This document shows positions 16,498-27,200 of a stretch of 38,572 bases of DNA, piece after piece. Numbering within the stretch: the stretch's first letter is position 1; the number at the start of each line of letters is the position of its first letter. Position numbers and translations under genes: made by a program. The notes beneath the pieces were generated by a model. The model ran no database searches, had not been told where the DNA came from, and worked only from the letters and a program-made list of their open reading frames with translations. This DNA is from a virus (Duplodnaviria; Caudoviricetes): positions 1 to 38,572 of the IMG/VR virus record IMGVR_UViG_3300032373_000047. One strand, 5' to 3'.

Positions 16498-17397
16498 ATG
16501 GCCGGAAATACTGAACTTCAACATTATCGCACCGCCTTTGAAATGGGCCTCAAAATTGACGCGGCCCAGATGGATAGCCGGGTGGCGTCCAAGGTCGATG
16601 CGCGGTTCAATTATGGCGAGAAGGGCGATAGCTTTTCCGTCGATAATCTGGGCAATTCCGATCCGTCGCCCATGGATGATCGCTATGGCGATCTGCCGGA
16701 AGGTGATATCGAGCATCGCCGTCGCGTCGGGCATTTCGAGCCCTGGCAGGACGGGCGGCGCCTGGGATCAAAATTTGATGAAGTGCGCCAGGTCACTGAT
16801 CCGACCAATGACAAGATGATTGCGATGAAGGCCGGTCTGGCGCGTCGTCAGGATGTCTGTGTCATGGCGGCTATTCTGGGCACGGCCTATTCGGGCCGGA
16901 CGGGCACGACATCCTCGGTCTTGCCTGCGGCGCAGAAAATCGCGGTCGATGATCACACCTATGACGCCAATTCGGGCGATTACCCGCTGACAGTTTCCAA
17001 GGTCATGCTGGCCAAGGAAAAACTGGATGCGGCAGAAATTGCGGGCAAGCGGCACATCATTGTGCCCGCACGCCAGATTTCGCACATGCTGACCGATACG
17101 CAAGTGACCAGTGCCGACTTCAACACGGTCAAGGCGCTGGTGCATGGTGAGATTGACGAATGGCTGGGCTTTACATGGACGCGCTATGAAAGCGTGCTGA
17201 CGGATGGTTCCAGTGATCAATTGATTGCGGCCTTCGTCGAACCGGCTGTGTGTTTCCGTCAGCGTACCTTGCGTGCGCCGGACATCTGGGAGCGCAAGGA
17301 CAAGGTGCCTCACTGGTATGGTTACTATTCGGTCGATCAGGCCGCCGTGCGCCGTGAGGATGCCGGTGTGATCCAGATCGCGTGTGATCCCAACTAG
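16498..17397 (+). CDS. Major capsid protein (BPP-1 Bbp17-like)
   Basis: 299 aa; GLARRQDVCVMAA; VTSADFNTVKALVHGEIDEWLGFTW; AAVRREDAGVIQIAC. Confidence 0.9.
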   Translation: MAGNTELQHYRTAFEMGLKIDAAQMDSRVASKVDARFNYGEKGDSFSVDNLGNSDPSPMDDRYGDLPEGDIEHRRRVGHFEPWQDGRRLGSKFDEVRQVTDPTNDKMIAMKAGLARRQDVCVMAAILGTAYSGRTGTTSSVLPAAQKIAVDDHTYDANSGDYPLTVSKVMLAKEKLDAAEIAGKRHIIVPARQISHMLTDTQVTSADFNTVKALVHGEIDEWLGFTWTRYESVLTDGSSDQLIAAFVEPAVCFRQRTLRAPDIWERKDKVPHWYGYYSVDQAAVRREDAGVIQIACDPN

Positions 17398-17411
17398 CGC
17401 CTGACTGACCC

Positions 17412-17438
17412 GCCTCGGTCTTCGGGCCGGGGCGGATC
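17412..17438 (+). other. UUCG-tetraloop hairpin after the capsid gene
   Basis: CCGCCTCGGTC-TTCG-GGCCGGGGCGG; no clear U tract. Confidence 0.55.
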
Positions 17439-17491
17439 ACTGGTATTTCGCCGCAAAGCGGCTTGAAACGACAAGAGAAAAGGAGCCAGTC

Positions 17492-17971
17492 ATGGCGGTC
17501 GTTGACATCTACGGAAATTACGTCGCAACGCCGACGCAGAACACTACCCCCAAGGCCATGCCCACCGGGCCTTATGCGCACAAGGCGCCGAACATGCATT
17601 TTGATCGCTGTGAAGTCACAAGCGGAGATAGTGTGGGTTCGAAGCTGTATTTCGGGCGCTTCCCGCGCTCTGCAATTATTCTGCCTCAATCGAAAGTGTT
17701 TTTTGGTGCGCTCGGTGCATCCGTGACACTGGACATTGGTGATGCCAATTCGGCTGACGGTCTGGCGAGTGACATCGATGTGTCGGCGGCGGGATCGGGT
17801 GATTTCCTCGAAGCGGTTGCGGCTGAAAATCTCGGCAAGCCGCTCTGGGAATTGCTGGGCTATGCCAGCGAAGATGCAGCCGAAGAAACCCTGACGCTGT
17901 ACGGCACGCTGGCCGGTGCGGCGGCGGGCGCTACCAAGTCGGTGGCTTTCTCGCTGATCTGGACCTCGTAA
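17492..17971 (+). CDS. Capsid decoration/cement-like protein
   Basis: AAGGAG RBS; beta-rich 159 aa after the capsid gene; LGASVTLDIGD. Confidence 0.6.
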   Translation: MAVVDIYGNYVATPTQNTTPKAMPTGPYAHKAPNMHFDRCEVTSGDSVGSKLYFGRFPRSAIILPQSKVFFGALGASVTLDIGDANSADGLASDIDVSAAGSGDFLEAVAAENLGKPLWELLGYASEDAAEETLTLYGTLAGAAAGATKSVAFSLIWTS

Positions 17972-18087
17972 GACGGTCCAGGCATGAATGCCAGGTGCGT
18001 GTGAACATTGCGCGTGATCCGCACCGGCAAACGGGCGCGGCGAGGCTAATCCCCTCGCCGCCGCCTTGTCACTGTTAAGAGGCGGAT

Positions 18088-18705
18088 ATGGCAACAAAGC
18101 TGGATATTGCGGTCCTCGCTGCGGCGGAATTGACCAAGGATGTTGTTGCCAATATCACCACGCCGCAAACCGGTTTCGAGCGTGCGGCGGCGGCTGTCAT
18201 CGATCTGGTCTGGCGCGAAACCCTGGCGTCTTCAACCGCCTGGATGGAAGCGCGCCGATCGGTCACGATTGCAAAAGACGGGAGCGCGGACGCCACACCG
18301 CCCTTTGATTATCTGTATCGCTATCGCCTGCCGGTCAAACTTGTCCGGCTGGTGCGCGTGTTCAACACCAGTGAGCGTTGGGTGCGTGAAGGCCAGTATA
18401 TCCTGACCGATGATGCCGGGCCTCTCAAACTGGTCTATATCCATGAAATCGAGCCGGAAGATGCGGACCCGCTTCTGATATCGGCGGCTGCGGCGCGGCT
18501 GGCCTGGCGGGTGGCGCGGCGCTTTACCGATGATCCCAATGAGCGCGATCGCCTGTGGGGTCTGTTCAATCAATTGAAAGCCGAAGCGCAGAATGTCGCC
18601 GGGTCGCAAGGCCAGGCCATTGCGCGTCATCCGTCGACGGAATTGGAGATTGCCGGGGTCAATAGCGATACCGCGACACTCGATGCTGTCGAACGGTCGC
18701 GCTGA
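18088..18705 (+). CDS. Tail tubular protein A / adaptor (T7 gp11-like)
   Basis: PFDYLYRYRLP..LVRLVRV...WVREGQYILTD...DPLLISAAAARLA. Confidence 0.85.
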   Translation: MATKLDIAVLAAAELTKDVVANITTPQTGFERAAAAVIDLVWRETLASSTAWMEARRSVTIAKDGSADATPPFDYLYRYRLPVKLVRLVRVFNTSERWVREGQYILTDDAGPLKLVYIHEIEPEDADPLLISAAAARLAWRVARRFTDDPNERDRLWGLFNQLKAEAQNVAGSQGQAIARHPSTELEIAGVNSDTATLDAVERSR

Positions 18706-21212
18706 TGTCGGCGCGCGCAAGGGTCATCCAGTCCAGCCTGGCGGCGGGGGAATTGTCCGGCGATCTGCGCGGGCGCTCCGATCTGGAAGCCTATTTTCAG
18801 GGCGCGGAAGTCCTGACCAATTTTTTTGCCAAGGTGACGGGCGGCGCGCAAAAGCGCGGCGGCCTGGCGCTGGTTGGTGAAGTCTCGGACAGTAGTGTGC
18901 GTCATCGCCTGATCGCGTTTCGCTTTGGTCGCGATCAAGCCTTTGTCATCGAACTGGATCATTTGGAGGCGCGTATCCGGCGCCGCGATACCGGCGCATA
19001 CCAGGAAGATAGCGGCGCGTCCGTCATTGTTCTGACGACGCCCTGGGAAAGCGGTGATCTGGCCGGGCTGACATGGTTTCAGTCTGGCGATGTGATCTAT
19101 TTCGGGCACCAGGACCGCGACCAGCCGTGGAAAACAATTCGGCGCAATGCCGATGATGACTGGTCGATCCATGATTTCGCGTTTCGCGAAGGGCCGTTCC
19201 TGGGCGAGAATGTCAATTCAAACACGATATCGGCCAGCAATATCACCGGCTCGGTCACGCTGACGGCCAGCGCGCCGACCTTTGACCAGTCTGATCATGT
19301 TGGCGCGCTGTTCTATATGCGCCCGGTTTCGCCGTCCCTGTCGGCGGATTTGTGGCAGGAAAACACCGCCTATGCGACCAATGATGAAGTGTCCTATGGC
19401 GGGCGGGTTTATAAATGCGTGTCGGGTTCCACGTCCGGTTATTATGCGCCCATCCATGATGAAGGCCGCGCCTTTGATGGCGGCGTGCAATGGGATTATC
19501 AAAATGATGGTCTGGGCATGGCCGAAGTCACGGCGGTCGCGTCGACGACGTCGGCCACCGCAACGGTGACACGGCAATTATTCCAGACGGCGGCGACCAG
19601 TCATTGGGCGGAAGGCGCGGTATCGCCGTTTCGCGGCTATCCGGCCTGCGGGGTGATCGACCAGGAAAGGCTGTGGTGCTTTAACACGGTGTCGCAACCT
19701 GATACCGCCTTTGCCAGCCGGTCGGGCGATTATGATCCTGACGGTGCGGGCTTCCGGCCTGAAACCGCGTTCGGCGTGGTGTCGAATGGTGACGGCTTTA
19801 GCGCGACCATTGCCGATGGTGAGGTCAATCCGATCCATGCGGCGCTCTCTGCCGATCGGCTTTATGTGTTTTCGGAAGGCGCGGTGAAGCGAATATCCGG
19901 CCCGACGCAGGATGAAGTGATCACCGCCAATGACAAGATTGTGCGCGAAGTTTCCAATGTCGGCGCGCGCAAGGGTGTCAGCCCGATCAAGGCTGACAAT
20001 GCGGTTTTGTATGTCCGTGCCGATGGCCAGGGTTTGCAGGAAATGCCTTATGGCGATGGCGAGCATCGCGATCTTCTGACGCGCGCGCGCCAGGCGGCGG
20101 CCTCGCCGATCGCTGAAATGGTCGGCGCGCTTTATCCTGATCGCCGCGTCTATGTCCGGCGTGATGATGGGCTGGTTTATGTTCTGGTCTATTCGCGCGG
20201 TGAAAACATGGTGTCCTGGTCGCCAGTTCTGCCAGGGGGCAGTTTTGACGGCGGCGCGCCGGTCTGTGAAAGCCTGTGTGTTATTCCAGGCGATGATGGC
20301 GGCGATGAATTATGGATGATCATCAAGCGCACGGTGGATGGTGCGACAATTCGCACGGTCGAGCGTTTGCGGCGTCCGTTCGATGTCGGGCTGGATCGCC
20401 CGGATCAGCAAAAATATCTGGATGCGCATATCGTCGTCGATGGCTGGAATACCGATACCGGCAAGACGATGACGCTGACCCTGGATGATGTCGCCAATTC
20501 TCAGCCCGGTGATACCGGTGTTGTCACGGTGGGCGGCCATACGCCGTTCTCTGCGCCGCAAGTCGGCGATCAGATTTTCCTGCGGTCAACAAGCGCGCCG
20601 GTTCGCGCGGGCGATATCGCCGGGCCTCTGGTCGTGGAGATTACCGGTTTTACATCATCGAGCGAAGTCGATGTGGAATTGGTCACAAGCGCGCCTGCCG
20701 GATTGACGGCGACGACGCTGGATGAATGGGCCTTTGCCGATGATGCCGTATCGGGCCTGGATCATCTGGAAGGCGAGGCGATCTATGCGCTGGCCGATGG
20801 TGAAGTGATGGGGCCGCTGACCGTATCGAGCGGCGCGGTCACGCTGTCGCGTCCGGCTGCGCGGGTGTGCGCCGGATTGCAGATGTCGGCGCGCATTGTC
20901 TCGATGCCGGTCGAGGCGGGGTCTGAAATTGGATCCGGGCGCGGCGCGGTGTCGGTAATCGAAAGCCTGACCGTGATGCTGAAAGATACAATCGGCGGGA
21001 CAATCGGTGTTCTGGGCATGGATCAGAAGGAAGATATTGCCGTGCGTGGCGGCAATGATGTTCTGGGTCGTGCGCCCATTCCGCGCACCGAGGACATAAG
21101 GGTATCGCCTGATAGCGACCATGAACGGTCCATGCAGGTCGAATTGCTGCATGACACGGCGACCGCCTGCACAGTGCTGGGCATTGTTGCGGAGGTGACG
21201 GTTAATGCCTGA
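18705..21212 (+). CDS. Tail tubular protein B / nozzle (T7 gp12-like)
   Basis: QSSLAAGELS..L.GR.D...GGAQKRGG; RGYP...QERL; SGLDHLEGE....LADG. Confidence 0.9.
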   Translation: MSARARVIQSSLAAGELSGDLRGRSDLEAYFQGAEVLTNFFAKVTGGAQKRGGLALVGEVSDSSVRHRLIAFRFGRDQAFVIELDHLEARIRRRDTGAYQEDSGASVIVLTTPWESGDLAGLTWFQSGDVIYFGHQDRDQPWKTIRRNADDDWSIHDFAFREGPFLGENVNSNTISASNITGSVTLTASAPTFDQSDHVGALFYMRPVSPSLSADLWQENTAYATNDEVSYGGRVYKCVSGSTSGYYAPIHDEGRAFDGGVQWDYQNDGLGMAEVTAVASTTSATATVTRQLFQTAATSHWAEGAVSPFRGYPACGVIDQERLWCFNTVSQPDTAFASRSGDYDPDGAGFRPETAFGVVSNGDGFSATIADGEVNPIHAALSADRLYVFSEGAVKRISGPTQDEVITANDKIVREVSNVGARKGVSPIKADNAVLYVRADGQGLQEMPYGDGEHRDLLTRARQAAASPIAEMVGALYPDRRVYVRRDDGLVYVLVYSRGENMVSWSPVLPGGSFDGGAPVCESLCVIPGDDGGDELWMIIKRTVDGATIRTVERLRRPFDVGLDRPDQQKYLDAHIVVDGWNTDTGKTMTLTLDDVANSQPGDTGVVTVGGHTPFSAPQVGDQIFLRSTSAPVRAGDIAGPLVVEITGFTSSSEVDVELVTSAPAGLTATTLDEWAFADDAVSGLDHLEGEAIYALADGEVMGPLTVSSGAVTLSRPAARVCAGLQMSARIVSMPVEAGSEIGSGRGAVSVIESLTVMLKDTIGGTIGVLGMDQKEDIAVRGGNDVLGRAPIPRTEDIRVSPDSDHERSMQVELLHDTATACTVLGIVAEVTVNA

Positions 21213-21669
21213 CATCATGATCCGCGATTATTGGGCCGGTGATGCCGCGCTGATCCGGGAACGCCCCGAGCAGGCGGGCGAGTTCGGTCTGGGTGCGAAT
21301 GATTTTGATGCCTTTGCTGTGCCGCAAGGGCAAAGCTGGACGCTGGTGCGCGATGGCGTGCCGATGCTGTCGGGCGGGATTTGCCCGATCTGGGACAATC
21401 GGCGCTATATCGCCTGGGTCGTGGCGGGCAATCTGACAATGCGCGAATGGGGCCGGGTGGTGCGCAAGGCGCGCGCCGTTCTGGACGCCCATGATGCGCC
21501 GCGTATCGAGGCCGATTGCAGATCCGATTTCAAGGCGGGCCGGACCTTTCTGGAAGGTCTGGGATTTTTGTTTGAAGGCGCGATGACGCGCTATGATGGT
21601 GAGGCCGATTATTATCGGTATGCGCGGCCCGGCGCGGCATTCCATCGCAACCGGGAGGTAGCGGCATGA
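21205..21669 (+). CDS. GNAT-fold virion assembly protein (T7 gp13 position)
   Basis: RIEADCRSDFKAGRTFLEGLGFLFEGAM..Y motif; position after the nozzle gene. Confidence 0.7.
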   Translation: MPDIMIRDYWAGDAALIRERPEQAGEFGLGANDFDAFAVPQGQSWTLVRDGVPMLSGGICPIWDNRRYIAWVVAGNLTMREWGRVVRKARAVLDAHDAPRIEADCRSDFKAGRTFLEGLGFLFEGAMTRYDGEADYYRYARPGAAFHRNREVAA

Positions 21670-22094
21670 CTGCAATTCAGGCTGTGGGTGATGTTTTCCA
21701 GGGGGTGATGAACCGCAAGGCGGCGCGCCGCCAATCGACGATTTTGCAAAAGGATGCGGCGATCGCTGAATTGCTGGGTTCGATCGAAAGCGACCAGATA
21801 ACCCGTGAAGGCCAGCGCGAAGTGGGCGCCGCCGTCGCGCGGGCCGGTGCGTCGGGCTTTACCATTGGAAGTTCGGCGGCGCTGATTGCTGATCTGGCCG
21901 GGCAATATGGCGAGCAGGCGCGCTATGCGCGTTATGATGCCGGTCGCCGGGCCGCGCGCATGCGCAATGATGCGGCGGGCAAGCGTCTGGAAGGTACGAT
22001 GCATGTGATTACCGGCGTGTCGAATGCGGCGGGCCGGATCATCGATGCGGGCGCAAAGGCGGCCAGTGCGGCCTCTGGCGGGGGTGGTGGCTGA
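21666..22094 (+). CDS. Internal virion (ejection) protein, gp14-like
   Basis: GGAGG RBS; Ala/Gly-rich; ARAGASGFTIGSS motif; synteny. Confidence 0.7.
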   Translation: MTAIQAVGDVFQGVMNRKAARRQSTILQKDAAIAELLGSIESDQITREGQREVGAAVARAGASGFTIGSSAALIADLAGQYGEQARYARYDAGRRAARMRNDAAGKRLEGTMHVITGVSNAAGRIIDAGAKAASAASGGGGG

Positions 22095-22095
22095 T

Positions 22096-24276
22096 ATGGC
22101 AATTATTCAAAACAGGCCGGGCGTGCGCACGCCGTCACTGATTTCAACGGGCGGTTCCTTTGGTTTGATCAATAACCCGCTCGATGGTCTGGGTCGCGGC
22201 CTGCAATCGGCGATCGATCAGCGCGATGACCGCAAGCGCACCCTGGCCGCCAATGACAAGCGCGATTTCATGCAGGAGCGCGACCGGGCCGATCAGGCCG
22301 AGGCGGCGCGCCTGTCCTCGCAATTCCGCCTGGAACAGGGCGGCGTGCTGGATGATCGAGCGATGGACTTTACCGGCGATGCGCCGGGTTTTGCTGTCGA
22401 TGAAATTGAACGCTATGACACGGCGCGATCGGCTTTTCTGGAAAAAGTGCCGGAGCATTTGCGCGATCGGCTCGATGCGGTTCTGGGCGGCGGTGCGCGC
22501 ACCGCGCACGGCCTGGCGGCGGACAATATCGAGCGGGCGCGGACCAGTGAGCGCGCCTTGCGTGCGGCAGGCGAAACCGCCGATGCCAGCGCGCAAGCGG
22601 TCGTTACCGATCCCGGCGCTCTGGATATTGCGCTGGAAGGTGTGGCCGATGCGGCCCTGGGCCTGCCGCCTGCCTTGCAAGGTGAATGGGTTGCGGAACA
22701 AAATGAGCGTGTGGCGCTGGCCTGGGGCGGTGCAATGCTGCGCGACAATCCCGGCGCGCTGGCCGATGCGATTGAGAGCGGCGACATCGATGACATTGTT
22801 TCGGCGGAAAATGCCGGGCGATTGCTCAATGCGGCGAATGCAGAAACCGAACGCCGGGCGCGCCAGGCGCAGGCCGATGCGGCGCGCGCCGAGGCGGCGG
22901 CGGCACGCGCGCAGCGCGATACATTCCAGCGCATGCGGGTCGAGTTTGCGCAAGGCGATCTGACACGCACCGACATCGATGCGGCGCTGGCCGAGGGTGA
23001 GATTGACATTGATAGCTGGGCCAATCTGGCGGTCGCGGCGCAAAGCGCGCAAGAGGCCGCCGATGCGGCGGCGGCGGAGCGCGATCTGTTGCTGGGCGGG
23101 CCGGTGCTTGATCCGTCGAACGCCGCGCACCGCGATGCGGTCGATGGGGCATGGCGCGATTTTCTGGCGGACGGCGATGCGCTGGCCGAATTTACCGCCA
23201 ATCCGGGGGCCTTTACGGCTGATCTGGTGGCCATGACACAAAATTATGGTGTCGTGCCGCCAAGCGGTGTCACGGCGCTGCGCGCGCTGGCGGCCAGCGG
23301 TGATGACAATCAACAGGCCGGGGCGCTCGATGCGATCGCGGCCATTTCAAACGTGCGCGAGGTCGCGGCCTCTACGGCCTTTACGGCCAATCTGGTCGCT
23401 GATGCGGCGCTCTATCAGAGTGTTGCGTCAAATGGCCTCGCGCCCGCCCAGGCATTGGCGCGTGTGCGCACGGCGCGCGAAGCGCGGGGCAATACACCCC
23501 AGGCGGTCTTGATGTCCCAGGCCGATGCGGTGCTGGCCGATATGGATGTGCCCGCCATGCTGGAACAGCATTTTGATGCCATTCCAATTCCCTTTGTCGG
23601 GCGGCCTGATCTGGGCGGTGAAAGCAATCGCGCGGCGGCGACATTGCAGTTTCGCCAATTATACCGAACGCATTTTGCCGAGCATGGCGATGCGGTCGCG
23701 GCGGGCGAGCAGGCCATGGCGGTGATGGGTCGAAGCTGGGGGTCATCGCGTGTCACGGGCGATGATGTGTTTATGGCCTATCCGCCTGAACGGTTTTACT
23801 CCGTGCCCGGCCAGGACAATCAATGGATGCGCGATCAATTGGGTGCTGCGGTCGGTGAGATTGCGGGCGGTGAGGTGCGCGATGTCCGGCTGATCTCCGA
23901 TGCACAAACCGCGCGCGAGGCGCAGGGCGGCCTTCCGCCGTCCTATATGGTCAGTTATGCCGATGATGAAGGCCGGTTATTTGGTGCGCCGGGCCGCTGG
24001 CAGTTTGATCCGAGCGCAGCGCAGGGCGAAGCGGCGCGCGAAAATCGCGAGGCGATTGAGGCGGCGCGGGCGGCCCGTGAGGCCGATCTGGCCGATCTGC
24101 CATTCCGGGAATTGGACATGATGCGATATCAACGCGACACAACGCGCTATGGCGCCGATCATGCGGCTGATCTGGATGCAGCGATCGCGGCGCGTGAAAA
24201 TGAATTGGGCGCTGAAGCGATCAGCAATTGGCGCGCGCGTCGGGCTCATGAAGCGCGCATAGCGGCGGGGCTTTAA
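22096..24276 (+). CDS. Internal virion (ejection) protein, gp15-like
   Basis: About 726 aa, helical and Ala-rich; MAYPPERFY...WMRDQL...PPSYMV C-terminus; synteny. Confidence 0.75.
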   Translation: MAIIQNRPGVRTPSLISTGGSFGLINNPLDGLGRGLQSAIDQRDDRKRTLAANDKRDFMQERDRADQAEAARLSSQFRLEQGGVLDDRAMDFTGDAPGFAVDEIERYDTARSAFLEKVPEHLRDRLDAVLGGGARTAHGLAADNIERARTSERALRAAGETADASAQAVVTDPGALDIALEGVADAALGLPPALQGEWVAEQNERVALAWGGAMLRDNPGALADAIESGDIDDIVSAENAGRLLNAANAETERRARQAQADAARAEAAAARAQRDTFQRMRVEFAQGDLTRTDIDAALAEGEIDIDSWANLAVAAQSAQEAADAAAAERDLLLGGPVLDPSNAAHRDAVDGAWRDFLADGDALAEFTANPGAFTADLVAMTQNYGVVPPSGVTALRALAASGDDNQQAGALDAIAAISNVREVAASTAFTANLVADAALYQSVASNGLAPAQALARVRTAREARGNTPQAVLMSQADAVLADMDVPAMLEQHFDAIPIPFVGRPDLGGESNRAAATLQFRQLYRTHFAEHGDAVAAGEQAMAVMGRSWGSSRVTGDDVFMAYPPERFYSVPGQDNQWMRDQLGAAVGEIAGGEVRDVRLISDAQTAREAQGGLPPSYMVSYADDEGRLFGAPGRWQFDPSAAQGEAARENREAIEAARAAREADLADLPFRELDMMRYQRDTTRYGADHAADLDAAIAARENELGAEAISNWRARRAHEARIAAGL

Positions 24277-24278
24277 CC

Positions 24279-27200
24279 GTGCCCTTTGATCGCCCCAATG
24301 CGCAAACGCCGCAACCGGCCCTGACCGGTCTGATGGATTTGTCACGGTCTGATCCTGACTTTTTCCGTGAGACTATTCCGGCTGCATTCCGCACTGAAAA
24401 CCTGATCGGATCGACGTTTGCGCGGCAAAGCGCGCCGCGCTTTGAAACCGATGATTTTGGTGCGCCGACGCGCTATCTGCGCGATGCCGGTTTTGATCCG
24501 CTCGATGAAAGCTATCTGGCCGGATATGAAGATCATGTCGATCGGTTTGCGACAATTCTGACGCGCGATCAGGGCGAAGCCCTGCGCGCCAATATCGATC
24601 GCGAGCGTGCCGATCGTGAAACGCTGGATGGGTCGGGCGTGGCGGGCATGGCGGCGATGATGGCGGCGGGCATGCTGGACCCCACAGTTCTGATCCCGGT
24701 CGGCGGGCAAGTGCGCAAGGGGGCGTCCCTGCTGTCGAATGTGTCGCGCTTTGCGCTGGCGGCGGGGGAGGGCGCGGCGGTGGCCGAATTGGGCCTGCAT
24801 GCCACCCAGGAAACCCGCACGCTGGAAGAAAGCGCCTTTGCCATTGCCGGTGCCACATTTCTGGGCGGTGTGATTGGCGGTGTCGCCCATCCATTCCTGA
24901 AATCCACGGACGGGATTGCGGCGGCGGCGCGCGTTGAAGATGACATGGTGATGCCGCGCGAGGGCGAGCCTGATTGGGCGGACCCGATGCAGGCTTTGCC
25001 CGATGGCGAACCGATGCCTGCCGGTCATTATTCGCGCGGTGTCGATGCGGGTGCAGATGTTGGCGCGGCGGCGCGCGAGCGTCCGACGCTGGACGAGCAG
25101 GCGATTGAAGGCGTGGTCGCGCGGGCGATCGGTAATGCGGTGCGATTGCAGGACCCGGTTTTGCGCGGGATCACATCGCGATCGCTGCGTCATCGCGAAT
25201 TGATCGAAGGTCTGGCCGATATCCCTGCCGGTCTGGTCAAGAATGAAGCGCGCTATGCGATCCGCACTTTGCCCGATGGCCGCGAGCAACGCTATCTGGT
25301 CTGGGGCAAGCGCACCGAGCAATCCGTTGAAAGTTTTATCCGTCGCCGCGATAGTCATCTGGGCGCGGCGGTGACGGCGGCTGATGATGCCTATGCGCGC
25401 TATTTGCATGGGCGCGATCGCAAGGCGGGTGATATATTGGCGTCGGGTATCCGCGCGGTCACGCGCACCCTGCCGGACGGCAAGATGTCGCGCCCTGATT
25501 TCCATGATGAAGTGACGCGCGCCATGCGCCGGGGCGATGTGCATGACATCCCGGAAGTCGAGGCGGCGGCCCAGCAATTGCGGCGCGAGTTTTTTGATCC
25601 GCTGAAAGATGAAGCCCGTGATATGGGCCTGTTCGGATATGAATTGCGCGCGGCGGAAAACCCTGATGATCCGCCTGTCCTGGTGCCGCGCGAACCCAAT
25701 GTTGCCGACACGGCGCAAAGCTGGATGCCGCGCGTCTATAATCGCGAGAAAATAGAGGCAGAGCGCCCGGCCTTTACCGCGCTGATACACGAGCATTTCA
25801 TTGCCAAACGCAATGAAGCGGCGCGCCAGGCCGAAGCCCTCGATCGCGAATTGGCGGCGACACGCGAGGATGCACAAAACCTGTTGGCCGAAGGGCGGCG
25901 CGTTCTGGCCGAACGTGGCCGGGTGCGCCGTGAAGCGCGCTCGACAATTGACAAGGCCGAACGGGCGCGTCAGCGCGCCGGGGCGGGCCAGCGCGAAGCG
26001 GCCACGCAGGCCGCCGATGCCGGTCGGCGCAGCGAAGCGACGGATTTTGATGAATTGTCGCCGCTTGATGCGGCCTATTATCGCGGTCTGCAAGCCGATG
26101 TAGCGCGCGGGCATGGCACAGAGCGCCCTGTCACGCTGACGCAGTTTATTCGCGGGCTGGGCGGTATTCGCGATGTCGGCGGTGATCTCAAGGCGATGGA
26201 TGCGCATTTGCGCAATCTGGTCAATAACAAGTCCGGCGCGCCTGCCGATGATGTCGCCCTGGCGGCCAGTGAGGCGGGCTATATCGGATCGCGCGCGCCC
26301 GATGGCGAAATTGTCCGGGGCTCGCTCAATGATCTGACCGAGGCGATCCGTGATGAACTGGCCGGGCGCCGTGTGGTCTCGGAAAATCTCGATGGCGAGC
26401 TGATCGCCTACGAGGATATGCTGGCCGATCTGGGCGATGCGGTCGAGCAGGCCGGTCTGGATGTGCGGGCCATGTCGGTGGAAGACTTCGCCTCATGGAT
26501 GGATGGCGGATCATATCGCAAGGCGACGGGTTGGCGCCGGGGCAAGCATGTCGAAGCCCTGCGCCGGGAGGAATTGACATCGCGCCGTCTGCGCGCCGCC
26601 CAGGACAAGGTGGAGGACGCCGAATTTGATCTGGAAGATGCGCGCCTTCTGGCGCGGTCGCTGCGCGAGGGTGCGCCTGCGCTGACCGAGCAGGCCAATG
26701 AATTGCGCAAGGCGTTCAAGGCGCAGCGCGCGCGGGCGCGCGCCCTGGCCAGGGAACATGATCTGGCCGATTACCGGGCGCAAAAAACCGATGATGAATT
26801 GCTGGAAGATGCCCGCCGGACGGTCGATCATGTCCTGGGCGGGGCGTCCGGGCGTTTGAGTTTTGACGGGCCGGGCGCGCGCTCGCGATCGTCGGTGACG
26901 CGGCGCGCTGATGCGGGCGGTCTGTCGGGGCGGTTCAAGCCGCGCGTGCTGGATATCCGCGATGAATTGCTGGAGCCCTGGCTGGATGACAATCTGGAAC
27001 ATGCGCTGCGCCTGACGCAGCGGTCCATGGTGCCGGACATGGAATTGATCAAACGCTATGGCTCGGTTGATCTGGAAGTCCAGTTAAAGGAGATCGCGGA
27101 AGACTATGACCGGCTGATTGCGCCCGCCGATCCGGGCGATGTCGCGGGCCTGTCAAAGAAAAAGCAAAACGCCCTGTCCGATATGGAAGGGGTGCGCGAC

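Noticed and set aside
24342-26207. Long antisense ORFs (621 aa here; also 22144..23313, 15340..16323, 31471..32493)
   Set aside because: These are shadow frames of high-GC genes with no recognisable motifs.
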